64,000 nucleotides of DNA from Candidatus Zixiibacteriota bacterium (GCA_046542255.1 JBKHBT010000007.1:4830-68829); one strand, 5' to 3'. Positions 41,823 through 52,525 are shown, numbered from the stretch's first letter. A program made the numbers and translations. Notes: generated by a model not told the origin, from the sequence alone.

Positions 41823-42105
41823 CAGTAAGTAAATTTCAAGCTTATAAAAGATTTTATATCAAAAACATGTTTCATTTCAGTTCGAAGCTATTCATCACAA
41901 AACATTTTACGCAACAGAAACCGGGCAGTTATCAGGCTTAGCAATAGGGATTGGCGGCATATAATATTGTAATCCACCGCTTTAAAGCAAAGAAATCTCC
42001 CTAACATCCGAAGCTAAAATCCAATAGCCGAGTATCGCCTGAATGGTTTGAGTTTTTCGGTTGTTTATCATGAGATATTTACTTTATAGATCTGTTCAAC
42101 CTAAC

Positions 42106-42672
42106 TCAACCTTTTATATCAAATTTATCAATACTCGCAAATTCTGTGAATTCTTTCCTTGGTGGACGTTCTTTCTCGTCATTTACCTGTTTGTCTGAGA
42201 GATTGTCGTGGTCTTTGTAATCGCCGTGTTTACCTACATTTATCAGTGTGATTACGTCGTATTCTTCCGGGATATCGAGTATTTCACGGACTTTGTCTTT
42301 TTTATATCCTGCGATAGCATGTGCCACAAGGCCCATTTCAGTTGCTTTTAGCATCATAATTCCGACAGACATACCGACATCGAATTTATAATAGTCCATA
42401 CCTTTGACAGAACAATCGAGGTCTTTTTTCGAGATGACTGCAATTATCATTGATGCATCATAGGTCCATTCATTGCCTTTCATCATTGCATCACGCATCT
42501 TCTCGAGCATTTCCTTCGACTGGACAAAAACAAATCTCCAGGGCTGATTATTAAAGCATGACGGTGCCATCTTTGCAGAATTGGCCAGCCTATGGATCAT
42601 GTCCTTCGTTATTTCAATTGGTTCCAAAGCCCGGTAAGAACGTCTTTTCTCAATTAATTCATCAATTTTCAT
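42106..42672 (-). CDS. Nitroreductase-family protein
   Basis: RRSYRAL...APSCFNNQPWRFVFV is the nitroreductase N-terminal signature. Confidence 0.75.
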   Translation of the reverse strand: MKIDELIEKRRSYRALEPIEITKDMIHRLANSAKMAPSCFNNQPWRFVFVQSKEMLEKMRDAMMKGNEWTYDASMIIAVISKKDLDCSVKGMDYYKFDVGMSVGIMMLKATEMGLVAHAIAGYKKDKVREILDIPEEYDVITLINVGKHGDYKDHDNLSDKQVNDEKERPPRKEFTEFASIDKFDIKG

Positions 42673-42692
42673 TCTAATCTTTCTTCTATAAT

Positions 42693-43646
42693 TTAACTTA
42701 ACAGACCTTCGATAATAAGCTCGGATGCTTCATCCTCATCCAGGCCACGAGACATAAGCGTTTCGAGCTGTTTATTGTCAACGGAGCCGATTGCTGCTTC
42801 ATGTGTGATATGAGCCTTCGGATTCTGCACATCGACAATAGGAATTGCCATAGCCGTTGCATTATCTTTGACGATTTCTTTACAATCGACATGTCCACGA
42901 GAATAAGCACCGGTGGCAGTCATAGTATTTTTGATTTCGGCCCGGGCATTATCACGAACAGCAATCTTAGAAGTAAGGACACCGCGAGAACGCTCGCCTG
43001 CCAGATGTCCGATTTCATTTATCTTGATGACATCATCGCCTTTGCCGCTGATTTTGGCTAGCATATCGATAAGGCCATTTTTGGCGGCTGTGGCTTCGTA
43101 TTCCATATCGATCAAACCAACGCGCCCTTTTATGAGATCGAATTCTGTCTTGAAACTGGAATTTTCGCCAATATCAATTTTTGCTTTCGCTATGACTTTG
43201 ACACCGCCATGTTTACCATGTACATGCTTTTCGAGATAGCTATAATTGGCATTTTTGCCAAGTTTAATTTTGGCATCCATAATATGCTCGACATCTTCGG
43301 AATTAGCAAAAACGCAATGTGCTAAAATGCCGATGGATGCACCGTCATTTATATTCACATCGAGATTTATCTTTTGAATGCCACTTTTGGGTAGCATTCC
43401 AAAGCAGATATGCACTTTTTTCTGGATTTTTACACCTTCATCGACAGAAATTTTTGCATTGATACCATCCTCGACTTCTTCTACATCGACATTTAATCCC
43501 GGGACAGCGGTTAGGCCCAGTACTTTATTATGATTAACAACAATATGCGCCGCATCTGGATCGTGGAGTATGGAAGCATCTGTGTCTGTTTCATTGTAGA
43601 GTGCAGTCATTTTTTGTTGATCGCTGAGTTTCCTGAGGTCTTTCAT
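42693..43646 (-). CDS. sufD: Fe-S cluster assembly SufB/SufD-family protein (short form)
   Basis: Beta-helix repeat character, conserved C-terminus, and 4 nt overlap coupling with sufC. Confidence 0.6.
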   Translation of the reverse strand: MKDLRKLSDQQKMTALYNETDTDASILHDPDAAHIVVNHNKVLGLTAVPGLNVDVEEVEDGINAKISVDEGVKIQKKVHICFGMLPKSGIQKINLDVNINDGASIGILAHCVFANSEDVEHIMDAKIKLGKNANYSYLEKHVHGKHGGVKVIAKAKIDIGENSSFKTEFDLIKGRVGLIDMEYEATAAKNGLIDMLAKISGKGDDVIKINEIGHLAGERSRGVLTSKIAVRDNARAEIKNTMTATGAYSRGHVDCKEIVKDNATAMAIPIVDVQNPKAHITHEAAIGSVDNKQLETLMSRGLDEDEASELIIEGLLS

Positions 43647-44386
43647 GCCGCACCTCCTATGAATTCATCATCCGGCTGGTTTTTGTGATCGCAGGGTTTG
43701 CACTTTTGTCCAAAATCTACCATGATTTTATCGACATTGCCTTTTTCCATTAGCTTTCCATTGCAAAGGAGAAAAGCATGTTCAGCCTGTTTCAAAACAG
43801 CTTCGGAATGGGTGATAAGAAGTACAGTAGCACCCATTTCTTTTAGAATACCAACAGCATCGAAAATTCTATGAATAGATTCGATATCAATACCGGAATC
43901 AGGCTCATCGAGAATAGCTAATTTGGGCTCCATTGCCAGGATCGATGCCAGCTCGACTTTCTTTCTCTCGCCACCGGAAAGGGTCTTATCAACAGCCCGG
44001 AAAAGGTATTTATCAGGACTAAGCCCAACCTGCTCCAGAGCTTTTTTTATTCCCTCTTTGGTTTTGTCTTTGGCTCCAGATTTAATAAAAGAGAAGACCG
44101 ATAGCCCTTCGAATCTGGCAGGCTCCTGCCATGCCATTGTAATTCCCATGCGGCTTCTTTTATCTATATCCAATTTTTTCAATGATTTGCCATTGAATAA
44201 AATATCTCCTTCAAAATCACGGTAGCCGGAAAGACCCATTATCGTATTTGCAAGAGTAGATTTTCCAGCACCATTTATACCAACAACGGCATGTACATGG
44301 CCTTCCCAAAAATCGATAGTCAGGTCATCGAGAATTTTCTTGCCGCCAAGCTCGAGTGATAGATTATTGATTTCCAATATACCCAT
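43643..44386 (-). CDS. sufC: Fe-S cluster assembly ATPase SufC
   Basis: ABC ATPase with Walker A GINGAGKST, signature LSGGERKK and Walker B ILDEPDSG. 247 aa. Confidence 0.85.
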   Translation of the reverse strand: MGILEINNLSLELGGKKILDDLTIDFWEGHVHAVVGINGAGKSTLANTIMGLSGYRDFEGDILFNGKSLKKLDIDKRSRMGITMAWQEPARFEGLSVFSFIKSGAKDKTKEGIKKALEQVGLSPDKYLFRAVDKTLSGGERKKVELASILAMEPKLAILDEPDSGIDIESIHRIFDAVGILKEMGATVLLITHSEAVLKQAEHAFLLCNGKLMEKGNVDKIMVDFGQKCKPCDHKNQPDDEFIGGAA

Positions 44387-44416
44387 TTGTATCCTTTTCT
44401 TGTAATATATTGTTGT

Positions 44417-44884
44417 TTAGGCAATTAGTTCTTTTAGTTCATTTAATACTTTATCTACATGACCTTTAACTTTTACTTTATCGTAAGTTTTAACGATGTT
44501 TCTATCAGGTGAAATTATATAAGTGCTTCTCACAACACCCATTTTCTCATTACCACGGCTTTTCTTAAGTTGCCATGAACCATAGTCTTTAAGAACTTTC
44601 TTTTCTTCCTTATCCGAAAGCAAAATGATTTCGAGATCATGTTTGTCAATAAAACTTGAAATAGCTTTTAGTGAATCCGGCGAGATGCCAATAATTACTG
44701 CACCAAGCTGCTCGAATTCATCCTTCATTTCGGTAAAACCGAGAGCTTCTTTAGTGCAACCACTGGTATTGGCTCTGGGATAGCTATACAAAATTACCCA
44801 CTTGCCCTCAAAATCTGAAAGGCAAACTTCATTTTGATTGTGATCAGGCAAGCAAAATTCTGGCGCTTTTTTTATATCTGCCAT
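44417..44884 (-). CDS. bcp: Thioredoxin-dependent peroxiredoxin (Bcp/AhpC-TSA family)
   Basis: CTKE active-site context (SGCTKEALGF). Confidence 0.75.
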   Translation of the reverse strand: MADIKKAPEFCLPDHNQNEVCLSDFEGKWVILYSYPRANTSGCTKEALGFTEMKDEFEQLGAVIIGISPDSLKAISSFIDKHDLEIILLSDKEEKKVLKDYGSWQLKKSRGNEKMGVVRSTYIISPDRNIVKTYDKVKVKGHVDKVLNELKELIA

Positions 44885-44893
44885 CTTAGCACC

Positions 44894-45358
44894 TCACAAA
44901 TTTTCAATCATATCCATGAATTCGTCAAAATCAGGCTGTTCTTTAATATTATATTTTTTTATCAAAAGGACTTTGCCTTTATCATCGAGCAATATATTGA
45001 TCCTTTTGGAGAAACCAAATTCTTCGCTGAAGATTCCAAGATCTTTGGCCAATTTACCATGAGGCCAGAAATCGCAGAGAAGGGATAGTTTTTCTACCTT
45101 CATATTATCTGCCCATGCCTTTTTGCACGGAGTATGGTCGATACTTGCTCCGAGTGGGACAATATCTTTAGCCATAAAATTTTGAAATCTTTTTTCGATG
45201 TCTTGCATCTGCTTGGTACATACGCCTGTCCAGGCGAGAGGATGCCAACTTAGCAATATTCTTTTACCTTTGAAATCAGAAAGCTTGACCATTTTGTCAT
45301 TTTGATCCTTGAGTGCAAAACCATCAATTTTGTCGCCAACTTTAATCTGTCCCATCAA
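44894..45358 (-). CDS. Second peroxiredoxin (AhpC/TSA family), in tandem
   Basis: WTGVCTKQ peroxidatic Cys motif. Confidence 0.7.
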   Translation of the reverse strand: MMGQIKVGDKIDGFALKDQNDKMVKLSDFKGKRILLSWHPLAWTGVCTKQMQDIEKRFQNFMAKDIVPLGASIDHTPCKKAWADNMKVEKLSLLCDFWPHGKLAKDLGIFSEEFGFSKRINILLDDKGKVLLIKKYNIKEQPDFDEFMDMIENL

Positions 45359-45462
45359 TTACTCCTTTTATAACATTTTCAATCACTTATTGATTATACA
45401 AAAATTTTGTAAAGATTACAACCTTAAAATTCGTACAAATGCAGATTTATGTACATAAAAAC

Positions 45463-45489
45463 AAAAAAGGCCGGTTTTCCCGGCCTTTT
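45463..45489 (-). terminator. Rho-independent terminator downstream of metK (bidirectional form)
   Basis: AAAAAA GGCCGG ttttc CCGGCC TTTT: perfect GC stem flanked by an A-tract and a T-tract. Confidence 0.7.
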
Positions 45490-45510
45490 AAGTAAATATG
45501 TGAAATTAAA

Positions 45511-46668
45511 TTAACCTTTTTTGAGAATATCGACCATATCGGTTTTTTCCCATGTGAAGCCTGGCAGTTCTCTTCCGAAGTGGCCATATGCTGCTGTTTT
45601 TTGGTAGATAGGCCTTAAAAGATCGAGATATTCAATCATGGTAGCGGGTTTTAATGGGAAATGTTTTCGAATCATTTGTGTTATATCATAATCATCGATT
45701 TCTCCAGTTCCATAGGTTTCTGCAAATACAGAAACTGGATCTGCAACTCCGATACAATACGATAATTCGATGAGGGCTTTCTCAGCCAATCCTGCAGCAA
45801 CTATATTTTTGGCTATGTATCTTGCCATATATGATGCAGAACGGTCAACCTTCGTGGGGTCTTTTCCCGAGAAGGCACCGCCACCATGGGAGCCAACACC
45901 ACCGTAAGTATCGACAATGATTTTTCTTCCGGTAAGTCCAGCATCAGCGACTGGGCCGCCAAGGACGAATTTGCCGGTTGCATTGATATAGAATTTCGTC
46001 TTATCATCGATAAGTTCAGCAGGAATTACCTCTCTGACAACATGTTTAATTATATCTTCTTTGAGAGTCTCGTATTCTACATCTGGTGTGTGCTGTGCTG
46101 CGACTACTAATGCAGTTAGATGAACAGGCTTACCATCCTGATATTCGATTGCAACCTGAGTTTTGCCATCCGGGCGGAGGTAGTCGAGTAGGCCGTTTTT
46201 GCGAACTTCAGATAATTTCTCGGCAAGACGATGGGCCAGAGTAATGGGCAATGGCATAAGTACATCGGTTTCTGTACAAGCATAACCAAACATGATGCCT
46301 TGATCGCCGGCTCCTTGCTCGCTGTATAGCCCAGCACCATCATCGACGCCCTGTGCAATATCAGCCGATTGCTGATCGATTGATGTAATAACTGCACAGT
46401 TCTGCCATTGAAAACCAGCATGAGGGTCAGTATAGCCGATTTCCTTTATTGTTTGGCGAGCGATTTGGGGTATATCGACATAAGTTGTTGTAGATATTTC
46501 ACCGCCGACCATAACAAGCCCGGTTGTCGCAAAGGTTTCGCAAGCGACTCTACCATTAGGGTCTTCTGTTAAAACAGCGTCTAATACTGCATCAGATATC
46601 TGATCACAGACTTTATCCGGATGTCCTTCAGTAACCGATTCGGATGAGAAGATGAAATTCTTTTTCAT
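45511..46668 (-). CDS. metK: S-adenosylmethionine synthase
   Basis: [25 protein letters not shown] and [16 protein letters not shown] are MetK hallmarks. Confidence 0.92.
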   Translation of the reverse strand: MKKNFIFSSESVTEGHPDKVCDQISDAVLDAVLTEDPNGRVACETFATTGLVMVGGEISTTTYVDIPQIARQTIKEIGYTDPHAGFQWQNCAVITSIDQQSADIAQGVDDGAGLYSEQGAGDQGIMFGYACTETDVLMPLPITLAHRLAEKLSEVRKNGLLDYLRPDGKTQVAIEYQDGKPVHLTALVVAAQHTPDVEYETLKEDIIKHVVREVIPAELIDDKTKFYINATGKFVLGGPVADAGLTGRKIIVDTYGGVGSHGGGAFSGKDPTKVDRSASYMARYIAKNIVAAGLAEKALIELSYCIGVADPVSVFAETYGTGEIDDYDITQMIRKHFPLKPATMIEYLDLLRPIYQKTAAYGHFGRELPGFTWEKTDMVDILKKG

Positions 46669-46692
46669 TTTTTCTCCATTTCTAATTTTATA

Positions 46693-47685
46693 CTAATCAA
46701 CTTCGTTTTCTCTTACAGCAGACCAGTCTCCCAGATTGACACTATGAGCACTACCTCGGAAAATGGCATGATTACCAATTATTGATGACCCAATGAGGGC
46801 ATTATAGACGAGTGATTTATTTCCAATAATCGAATCCTGCAATATAGAATGTCTTATCTCGGCATTCTGCCCGATAGATACATTAGGCCCGATTACCGAG
46901 TTTTCGACAGATGCTGTATTATCAATATTAACAGGTGGTATGATAACTGAATTCTTTGCAAAGGGATAATTGATATTTTCTTCCAAAAGCTGGCGATTTG
47001 TTGTCAGTAAGGCTTTAGAAGTCCCACAATCGAACCAACTATCGATTTTTTTCCATGTAAAATCCAGCTCTTCTTCGATCATCATGGCAAGAGCATCGGT
47101 TAATTGCAATTCGCCTCTCGTAAAAGAACGCTTTTTCCATAAAATATCTAAGTTTTTCTTCAGTTCGGTAATGTTATTTATGAAGTAAACACCTGTAACA
47201 GCCCAGTTAGATTTGGGATTGTCGGGTTTCTCTATAATACCAATTACTTTATTTCCATCTACTTCTGCAACACCGAATCTTCGGGGGTCATCGACTTGCT
47301 GAAGGCCTAAAACATTCTTTTTGGATGATAAAATTTCTTTCAGATTAGTTTTGACTATTGTATCGCCAAGGATAATCAAAGCATTGTCATCATCATCGAA
47401 AGCTTCGAGAGCCAACATGACAGCATAACCGAGACCAAGCAATTTTTCCTGAGCAATATATTCAACCTTGATTTTATTGCCATATTGCTCGTTAATATAT
47501 TTCTTAATCTGTTTTGCGAGATGGCCAACTACAATAACAAAGTCATCGATTCCGCTATCTAAAATATCATCCATAATATGGCCCAGAATAGGCTTTCCGG
47601 CTACTGGTAGCAAAGGTTTGGGCCGTGTCTGTGTAAATGGGCGAAGTCTTTGCCCAACTCCAGCGACTGGTATGATAGCTCTCAT
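46693..47685 (-). CDS. Sugar-phosphate nucleotidyltransferase with C-terminal left-handed beta-helix (mannose-1-P guanylyltransferase-like)
   Basis: N-terminus MRAIIPVAGVGQRLRPFTQTRPKPLLPV (NTP_transferase). C-terminal hexapeptide repeats. Confidence 0.7.
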   Translation of the reverse strand: MRAIIPVAGVGQRLRPFTQTRPKPLLPVAGKPILGHIMDDILDSGIDDFVIVVGHLAKQIKKYINEQYGNKIKVEYIAQEKLLGLGYAVMLALEAFDDDDNALIILGDTIVKTNLKEILSSKKNVLGLQQVDDPRRFGVAEVDGNKVIGIIEKPDNPKSNWAVTGVYFINNITELKKNLDILWKKRSFTRGELQLTDALAMMIEEELDFTWKKIDSWFDCGTSKALLTTNRQLLEENINYPFAKNSVIIPPVNIDNTASVENSVIGPNVSIGQNAEIRHSILQDSIIGNKSLVYNALIGSSIIGNHAIFRGSAHSVNLGDWSAVRENEVD

Positions 47686-47697
47686 AAGAAGCTCCTC

Positions 47698-48771
47698 TTA
47701 ATCATTAAATAATTCAAGTTGCTGTTTTAAATGTTCTATTATTCGAACAGGCATAGGATCGACCTGATTGAGAATAGCCAGGTAATAGCTTATAAAATCA
47801 CCGATTTGAATTATACTCATGATTCTTTCGATGAGAGTATCGCTATCATCTTCTATAGTGATACTTTCAATTCCCATTTTTTCAAAAATTTCTTTAGTAA
47901 AATTCATTCGAAATTTGACTTTTCGATGAATATCTTCGTCCATTATGAAAATGGGCACAATTCTATCTTTCAGGAATTCAATCTTGTTCCAACCTACAAT
48001 TTCATTATGGTTCATTTCGGGGAATTCGTTTGAATAGGCTAGCATTTTCGCATTCTCTTCGATTTGTCCACGAATTCTAAGGCCAACAGAGTTCCAAACT
48101 TTGGATGATGTATATATTATAGGAAGTTTATTATGCAAAACATGAGCTATTGCTTTCGCATGATTCCTTTTTCTCTCGACTTCCCTCTTAAGATGATCAA
48201 ATTTTTTAATAAGCTTTTTGGATGCTTCTTTAAGCTGATTTTGCCGATCTCTGATAAAACCCAATTCAGACAGAAGAAGCAAAACAGCAGTGAAAGAGTA
48301 GCCCAAAGCAGCCCTTGGCTGAAAACCTTTTGGCAATTTCACCAATGGATATCCATTATCCTGGCAAATTTTCTCCAGCTTCCCATTTGTCGAAATGCAG
48401 ATAATATTATTGGTTTTTTCTATTGCCTGGCTCATAGCTGAAAGAGTTTCTTCGGTATTACCAGAATAACTGGATACTAATAGCAAGGTGTTTTTGCCTA
48501 CAAAAGCGGGTATATCGTAAGTTCGATTAACCATAAACGGTATTTTCAGCTCGCTTTCGGAAAAAGCGCGAACAAGGTCGCCGCCAATGGCAGAACCGCC
48601 CATACCTAATAGTAATATATTATCGATAGACTTCGAATCGATATCATCGACATCGCTCGAACGAACTATTTCGATTGCCTCCAATATTTGCTCCGGGAAT
48701 TTCAAAATCGATCGATACATCTCTTGTGGGTCGATTGAACGGTATTTCTGTGGGTTTTCGAGAATATCCAT
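47698..48771 (-). CDS. Bifunctional phosphoglucose/phosphomannose isomerase (archaeal-type SIS-domain PGI/PMI)
   Basis: SIS-domain blocks (LLLGMGGSAIGGDL, ISYSGNTEET). Size and layout match the PGI/PMI family. Confidence 0.6.
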   Translation of the reverse strand: MDILENPQKYRSIDPQEMYRSILKFPEQILEAIEIVRSSDVDDIDSKSIDNILLLGMGGSAIGGDLVRAFSESELKIPFMVNRTYDIPAFVGKNTLLLVSSYSGNTEETLSAMSQAIEKTNNIICISTNGKLEKICQDNGYPLVKLPKGFQPRAALGYSFTAVLLLLSELGFIRDRQNQLKEASKKLIKKFDHLKREVERKRNHAKAIAHVLHNKLPIIYTSSKVWNSVGLRIRGQIEENAKMLAYSNEFPEMNHNEIVGWNKIEFLKDRIVPIFIMDEDIHRKVKFRMNFTKEIFEKMGIESITIEDDSDTLIERIMSIIQIGDFISYYLAILNQVDPMPVRIIEHLKQQLELFND

Positions 48772-49060
48772 TATACCTCCATTATCTTCGAATATCCTAA
48801 ATAGTATAAAATATATACTTTCTTAATAAAGTCAATTGTATTTTGCACGGCTGCAATATCGATGACAAAAAGCAGACTTTTTATTTTTATGCAGTTGACA
48901 TGATGGAATGATAGATTATATTTTGGTCTATGATTCGTGAGCTGAATATCATATCTGGCAATAATACTTCTGCAAAACTTTCAGGTTTTATTTGCTATTA
49001 TTTTGTTATTATGAACAAAGTTTTCTATGCTTTCTCTTTAGTTATGGAAATGACCACAAT

Positions 49061-52000
49061 ATGACGAAACTAATCAAGACAATAGCTGATAAACTCCAGA
49101 AGAAATTTGATGAGTCTAAAGATAGAAGTTTTACACATCTCTATGGTTTTTCTAAGAGCCTGCTGATAAACGAGATATTAAAAGAAAAAACAATTATTAT
49201 AGCTCCGGAGTTGGTAGCGTATGCTTTATTCTATAATCTCAAAAAGCTAGGAATAGAGCCGATATTTTTCCCATCTAATTATGTTATGCCTTATGAGAAC
49301 AAACCACCTGAGAGTCAATTTGCTGCATTTAGGATAAAATCATTATTCGAGTTTAAGAATAGTCCTGAGAGGCCTTTGATAGCTACTCCAGAAGCAATAT
49401 ATTTCCCATTGATTACACCTGAAACTCTCAATCGTTATTCCAAAACAATAGAAATTGGTCAACAATTAGAATCTAAAAGCATTAAAGAATTTTTGATTTC
49501 TTCTGGTTTTTGGCGCGAGGATTTAGTAGAGCTTCTTGGGAGTTTCGCTTTAAGAGGCGATATATTAGATATCTTTTCTTCAAAATATCCAGACCCTGTT
49601 AGGATAGAAATGGGATGGGATGAAGTTGAGAAGATAAAGCTTTTCGCAGCGGAAAATCAAACATCTTATACCGAGCTTGAAAAATGCGAGATACTTCCGC
49701 CGAGTGAGTTTTTCCAGACAGAGAAAAACAAGGGTGATCTCGAATACGATGTAATGGCTGAGGGTTTATATCTTCTTTGGTGTAATAAATTAGAGCAAAA
49801 TGTATCCAGCAATGATACTTGTGGTTTGGCTAAACACTATGCAAAGCATTCGATTATTTTGGAACCCGATGAGGTTCATGCACAACTTGTCGAGCTTTTT
49901 GAAAAGGCAAAAAAGAACTTTATGCAACTACCCAAGAGCCATTCTTTTGCAAAACCAGCGGAAATCTTTCCAGACCCAGACACAATAATGGACGATCTTT
50001 ATAAAATCTGTATAGCAAAAGAATCGAATGAAGCATCGGTTTTTTTTACCGAGGATACTCATAGTTTTTATTATTCCAGTGTTTTACGCTCGAATGTAAA
50101 CGAAGGAGAAGTTACAGCGGTAACTAAAAGCCCATCTGGACTCGATAAACTGAAGAATCTTCGTGATAATTATCCACTAATTAATCATATTGGAGATTCA
50201 TTTTGGGGTGGCTTCCTTTTTGATTCAGATGAAACAGGGAAAATCGGCTTTTTGACCGATAGAGAACTGGTCGGGCGAAATGTGCCACAGCCGAGAGTTC
50301 ATATATATCGCGAAAGCAATGCATTTATGTTTTCAGCCGGTCTTGAAATTGGTGATTATGTCGCACATCAAGATCATGGAATAGGCCGATTTCTGGGACT
50401 TAAAAGCATCGAATTCAAAGGCAGGCCATCCGATTGCCTGGAATTGGAATATGCAGATAATCAAAAATTGCTCGTTCCGATTGAAGATTTTCACCTTGTC
50501 CAGAAATTCCATGGTGTCGAAGGTACAGTCAAGCTCAATAAACTTGGCGGCGGAGTATGGACAAGGCAAAAGAAAAGAGCAGCCAAGCAAATAAGGATAC
50601 TTGCAGGAGAGTTGCTACATCTTTATGCATTGCGGAAAAGCGTAGATGGTTTTGCACATCCGAAAGCCAAAGAATATCTTGATATTCTGAAAGGCACCTT
50701 CCCCTTTGAGCCTACTGAAGATCAGGCGCGTGCTATTTCTGAGGTTTACGAAGATCTGTCATCTGAACATCCGAGTGACAGGCTCATTTGCGGTGATGTC
50801 GGTTTCGGAAAAACTGAAGTCGCTATTCGAGCCGCAGTAAGGGTAGCCGCAGGTGGCAAACAGGTCGCTGTTTTAGTACCTACGACCGTTCTTGCTCAAC
50901 AACACTGTAACAATTTCAAACAGAGGTTAAAAGAATTGCCTCTAAGAGTCGAGAGCCTTTCGCGATTTGTAAAGACTGCCAAGCAAAAAGAAACAGTAGA
51001 TAAGATTTCCAAAGGTCTCGTAGATATCGTAATCGGTACCCACAGACTACTTTCAAAAGATATAGTTTTTAAGGAACTGGGGCTATTGATTGTAGATGAG
51101 GAACAAAGATTTGGAGTAGCTCAGAAAGAAAAAATTAAGCAATACCGTGCCAATGTAGATGTAATCACATTGACTGCAACGCCAATTCCCAGAACATTAT
51201 CATTTTCGATGGGCGGGCTTCGAGATTTGAGCCTCATTGCAACCGCACCAGAACACAGACTACCAATATTCACAAGATTGATAAATTTCGATGATGATAT
51301 TATTAGAGAGGCAATTGAAAAGGAAATCGAAAGAGGCGGTCAGGTCTTTTTCTTACATAATAGAGTACAAACAATCAAATCGATGTATAATTACTTATCG
51401 CAGCTAGTGCCACATTTTAAAATAGCTATCTCGCATGGACAAATGAAGTCAAGAGATTTATCTAAAGTAATTACTAAGTTTAGAGATGGTAAGTACCAAA
51501 TATTACTTACTACTACAGTTATTGAGTCCGGTACAGATATTCCTAATGTTAATACTATATTTATCAATCGAGCAGATAGGTTTGGGATCTCAGATCTTTA
51601 TCAACTTCGCGGCCGAGTTGGCCGTTCGGAGACACAGGCTTATGCATATCTGATCACTCCACCATATAAGAACCTCGGATCAAAAGCGCGTAAAAGGTTA
51701 AAAGCAATTCTATCGCATACTCAATTGGGAAGTGGCTTTTCGCTTTCTATGAGAGATTTGGAAATTCGAGGAGCCGGCGAGATTTTGGGCAAAAAGCAGA
51801 GCGGTGTGGTTTCCAAGATTGGTATGGAAATGTATTCTAAACTGCTATCTAAAACTGTTTCTGAAATGAAAAACCAGGGACAGACATTATTCATTCCTCC
51901 AGCAATAGATATGGATTTCCATATAGGGATATTAACAGAATATATCCACTCGGTGGCTATAAGAATAGAGCTTTATCAGAGATTTTTCACCGCCACAGAT

Positions 52001-52369
52001 GAAAAGAGCTTGAAAAGACTTTTCGCCGAAATTCGAGATAGATTTGGCCCGATTCCAGATGAGCTTCTCGAGTTAGAAGAATACCTTCGAGCACGCATCC
52101 TGGCCGCAAGGATGCCGATTTCTTCGATATCTGTCAAAGGTACTGCGATTTCAATCGTATTCAAGGACAATAATGCGCCACAATTATTTGACTTAACAAA
52201 AGGCATAATAGACCCCAAGTTGATAGCTGGCTTCGATTTTATGCCAAATCTTGTCCTTAGAATCAAGCGCGGCGAAGGAAATCTCGATGACTTGAAGATA
52301 GTTAATAGGGTTTTAAGGCAATTGCGAGACTATTACAAGGCTAAAGAAAATAAAGACGATCAAGTGTAA
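49061..52369 (+). CDS. mfd: Transcription-repair coupling factor
   Basis: Superfamily 2 helicase motifs (GDVGFGKTEVA, DEEQRFG, TATPIPRT) and a TRCF C-terminal domain. Start at the in-frame ATG 49061. Confidence 0.88.
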   Translation: MTKLIKTIADKLQKKFDESKDRSFTHLYGFSKSLLINEILKEKTIIIAPELVAYALFYNLKKLGIEPIFFPSNYVMPYENKPPESQFAAFRIKSLFEFKNSPERPLIATPEAIYFPLITPETLNRYSKTIEIGQQLESKSIKEFLISSGFWREDLVELLGSFALRGDILDIFSSKYPDPVRIEMGWDEVEKIKLFAAENQTSYTELEKCEILPPSEFFQTEKNKGDLEYDVMAEGLYLLWCNKLEQNVSSNDTCGLAKHYAKHSIILEPDEVHAQLVELFEKAKKNFMQLPKSHSFAKPAEIFPDPDTIMDDLYKICIAKESNEASVFFTEDTHSFYYSSVLRSNVNEGEVTAVTKSPSGLDKLKNLRDNYPLINHIGDSFWGGFLFDSDETGKIGFLTDRELVGRNVPQPRVHIYRESNAFMFSAGLEIGDYVAHQDHGIGRFLGLKSIEFKGRPSDCLELEYADNQKLLVPIEDFHLVQKFHGVEGTVKLNKLGGGVWTRQKKRAAKQIRILAGELLHLYALRKSVDGFAHPKAKEYLDILKGTFPFEPTEDQARAISEVYEDLSSEHPSDRLICGDVGFGKTEVAIRAAVRVAAGGKQVAVLVPTTVLAQQHCNNFKQRLKELPLRVESLSRFVKTAKQKETVDKISKGLVDIVIGTHRLLSKDIVFKELGLLIVDEEQRFGVAQKEKIKQYRANVDVITLTATPIPRTLSFSMGGLRDLSLIATAPEHRLPIFTRLINFDDDIIREAIEKEIERGGQVFFLHNRVQTIKSMYNYLSQLVPHFKIAISHGQMKSRDLSKVITKFRDGKYQILLTTTVIESGTDIPNVNTIFINRADRFGISDLYQLRGRVGRSETQAYAYLITPPYKNLGSKARKRLKAILSHTQLGSGFSLSMRDLEIRGAGEILGKKQSGVVSKIGMEMYSKLLSKTVSEMKNQGQTLFIPPAIDMDFHIGILTEYIHSVAIRIELYQRFFTATDEKSLKRLFAEIRDRFGPIPDELLELEEYLRARILAARMPISSISVKGTAISIVFKDNNAPQLFDLTKGIIDPKLIAGFDFMPNLVLRIKRGEGNLDDLKIVNRVLRQLRDYYKAKENKDDQV

Positions 52370-52389
52370 TGAACAATATCGAAATTCTC

Positions 52390-52418
52390 TTGACAGGCAT
52401 ATTATTCTGCCTTAAAAT
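52390..52418 (+). promoter_or_regulatory. Candidate sigma70-type promoter upstream of coaX
   Basis: TTGACA, 17 nt spacer, TAAAAT. Located about 110 nt upstream of coaX. Confidence 0.35.
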
Positions 52419-52525
52419 TGCTATTTGTCAAAATATAAAACAAGGAGGAAAATATTCAGAACTTATGAGCCTATTAATGAAACATATATTAGAGAAAATC
52501 ATAACCATCCCTAAATACCAAATAA

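Noticed and set aside
48992-49060. Upstream extension of mfd (MLLFCYYEQSF...)
   Set aside because: There is no RBS, and the conserved Mfd N-terminus begins at the internal ATG 49061.
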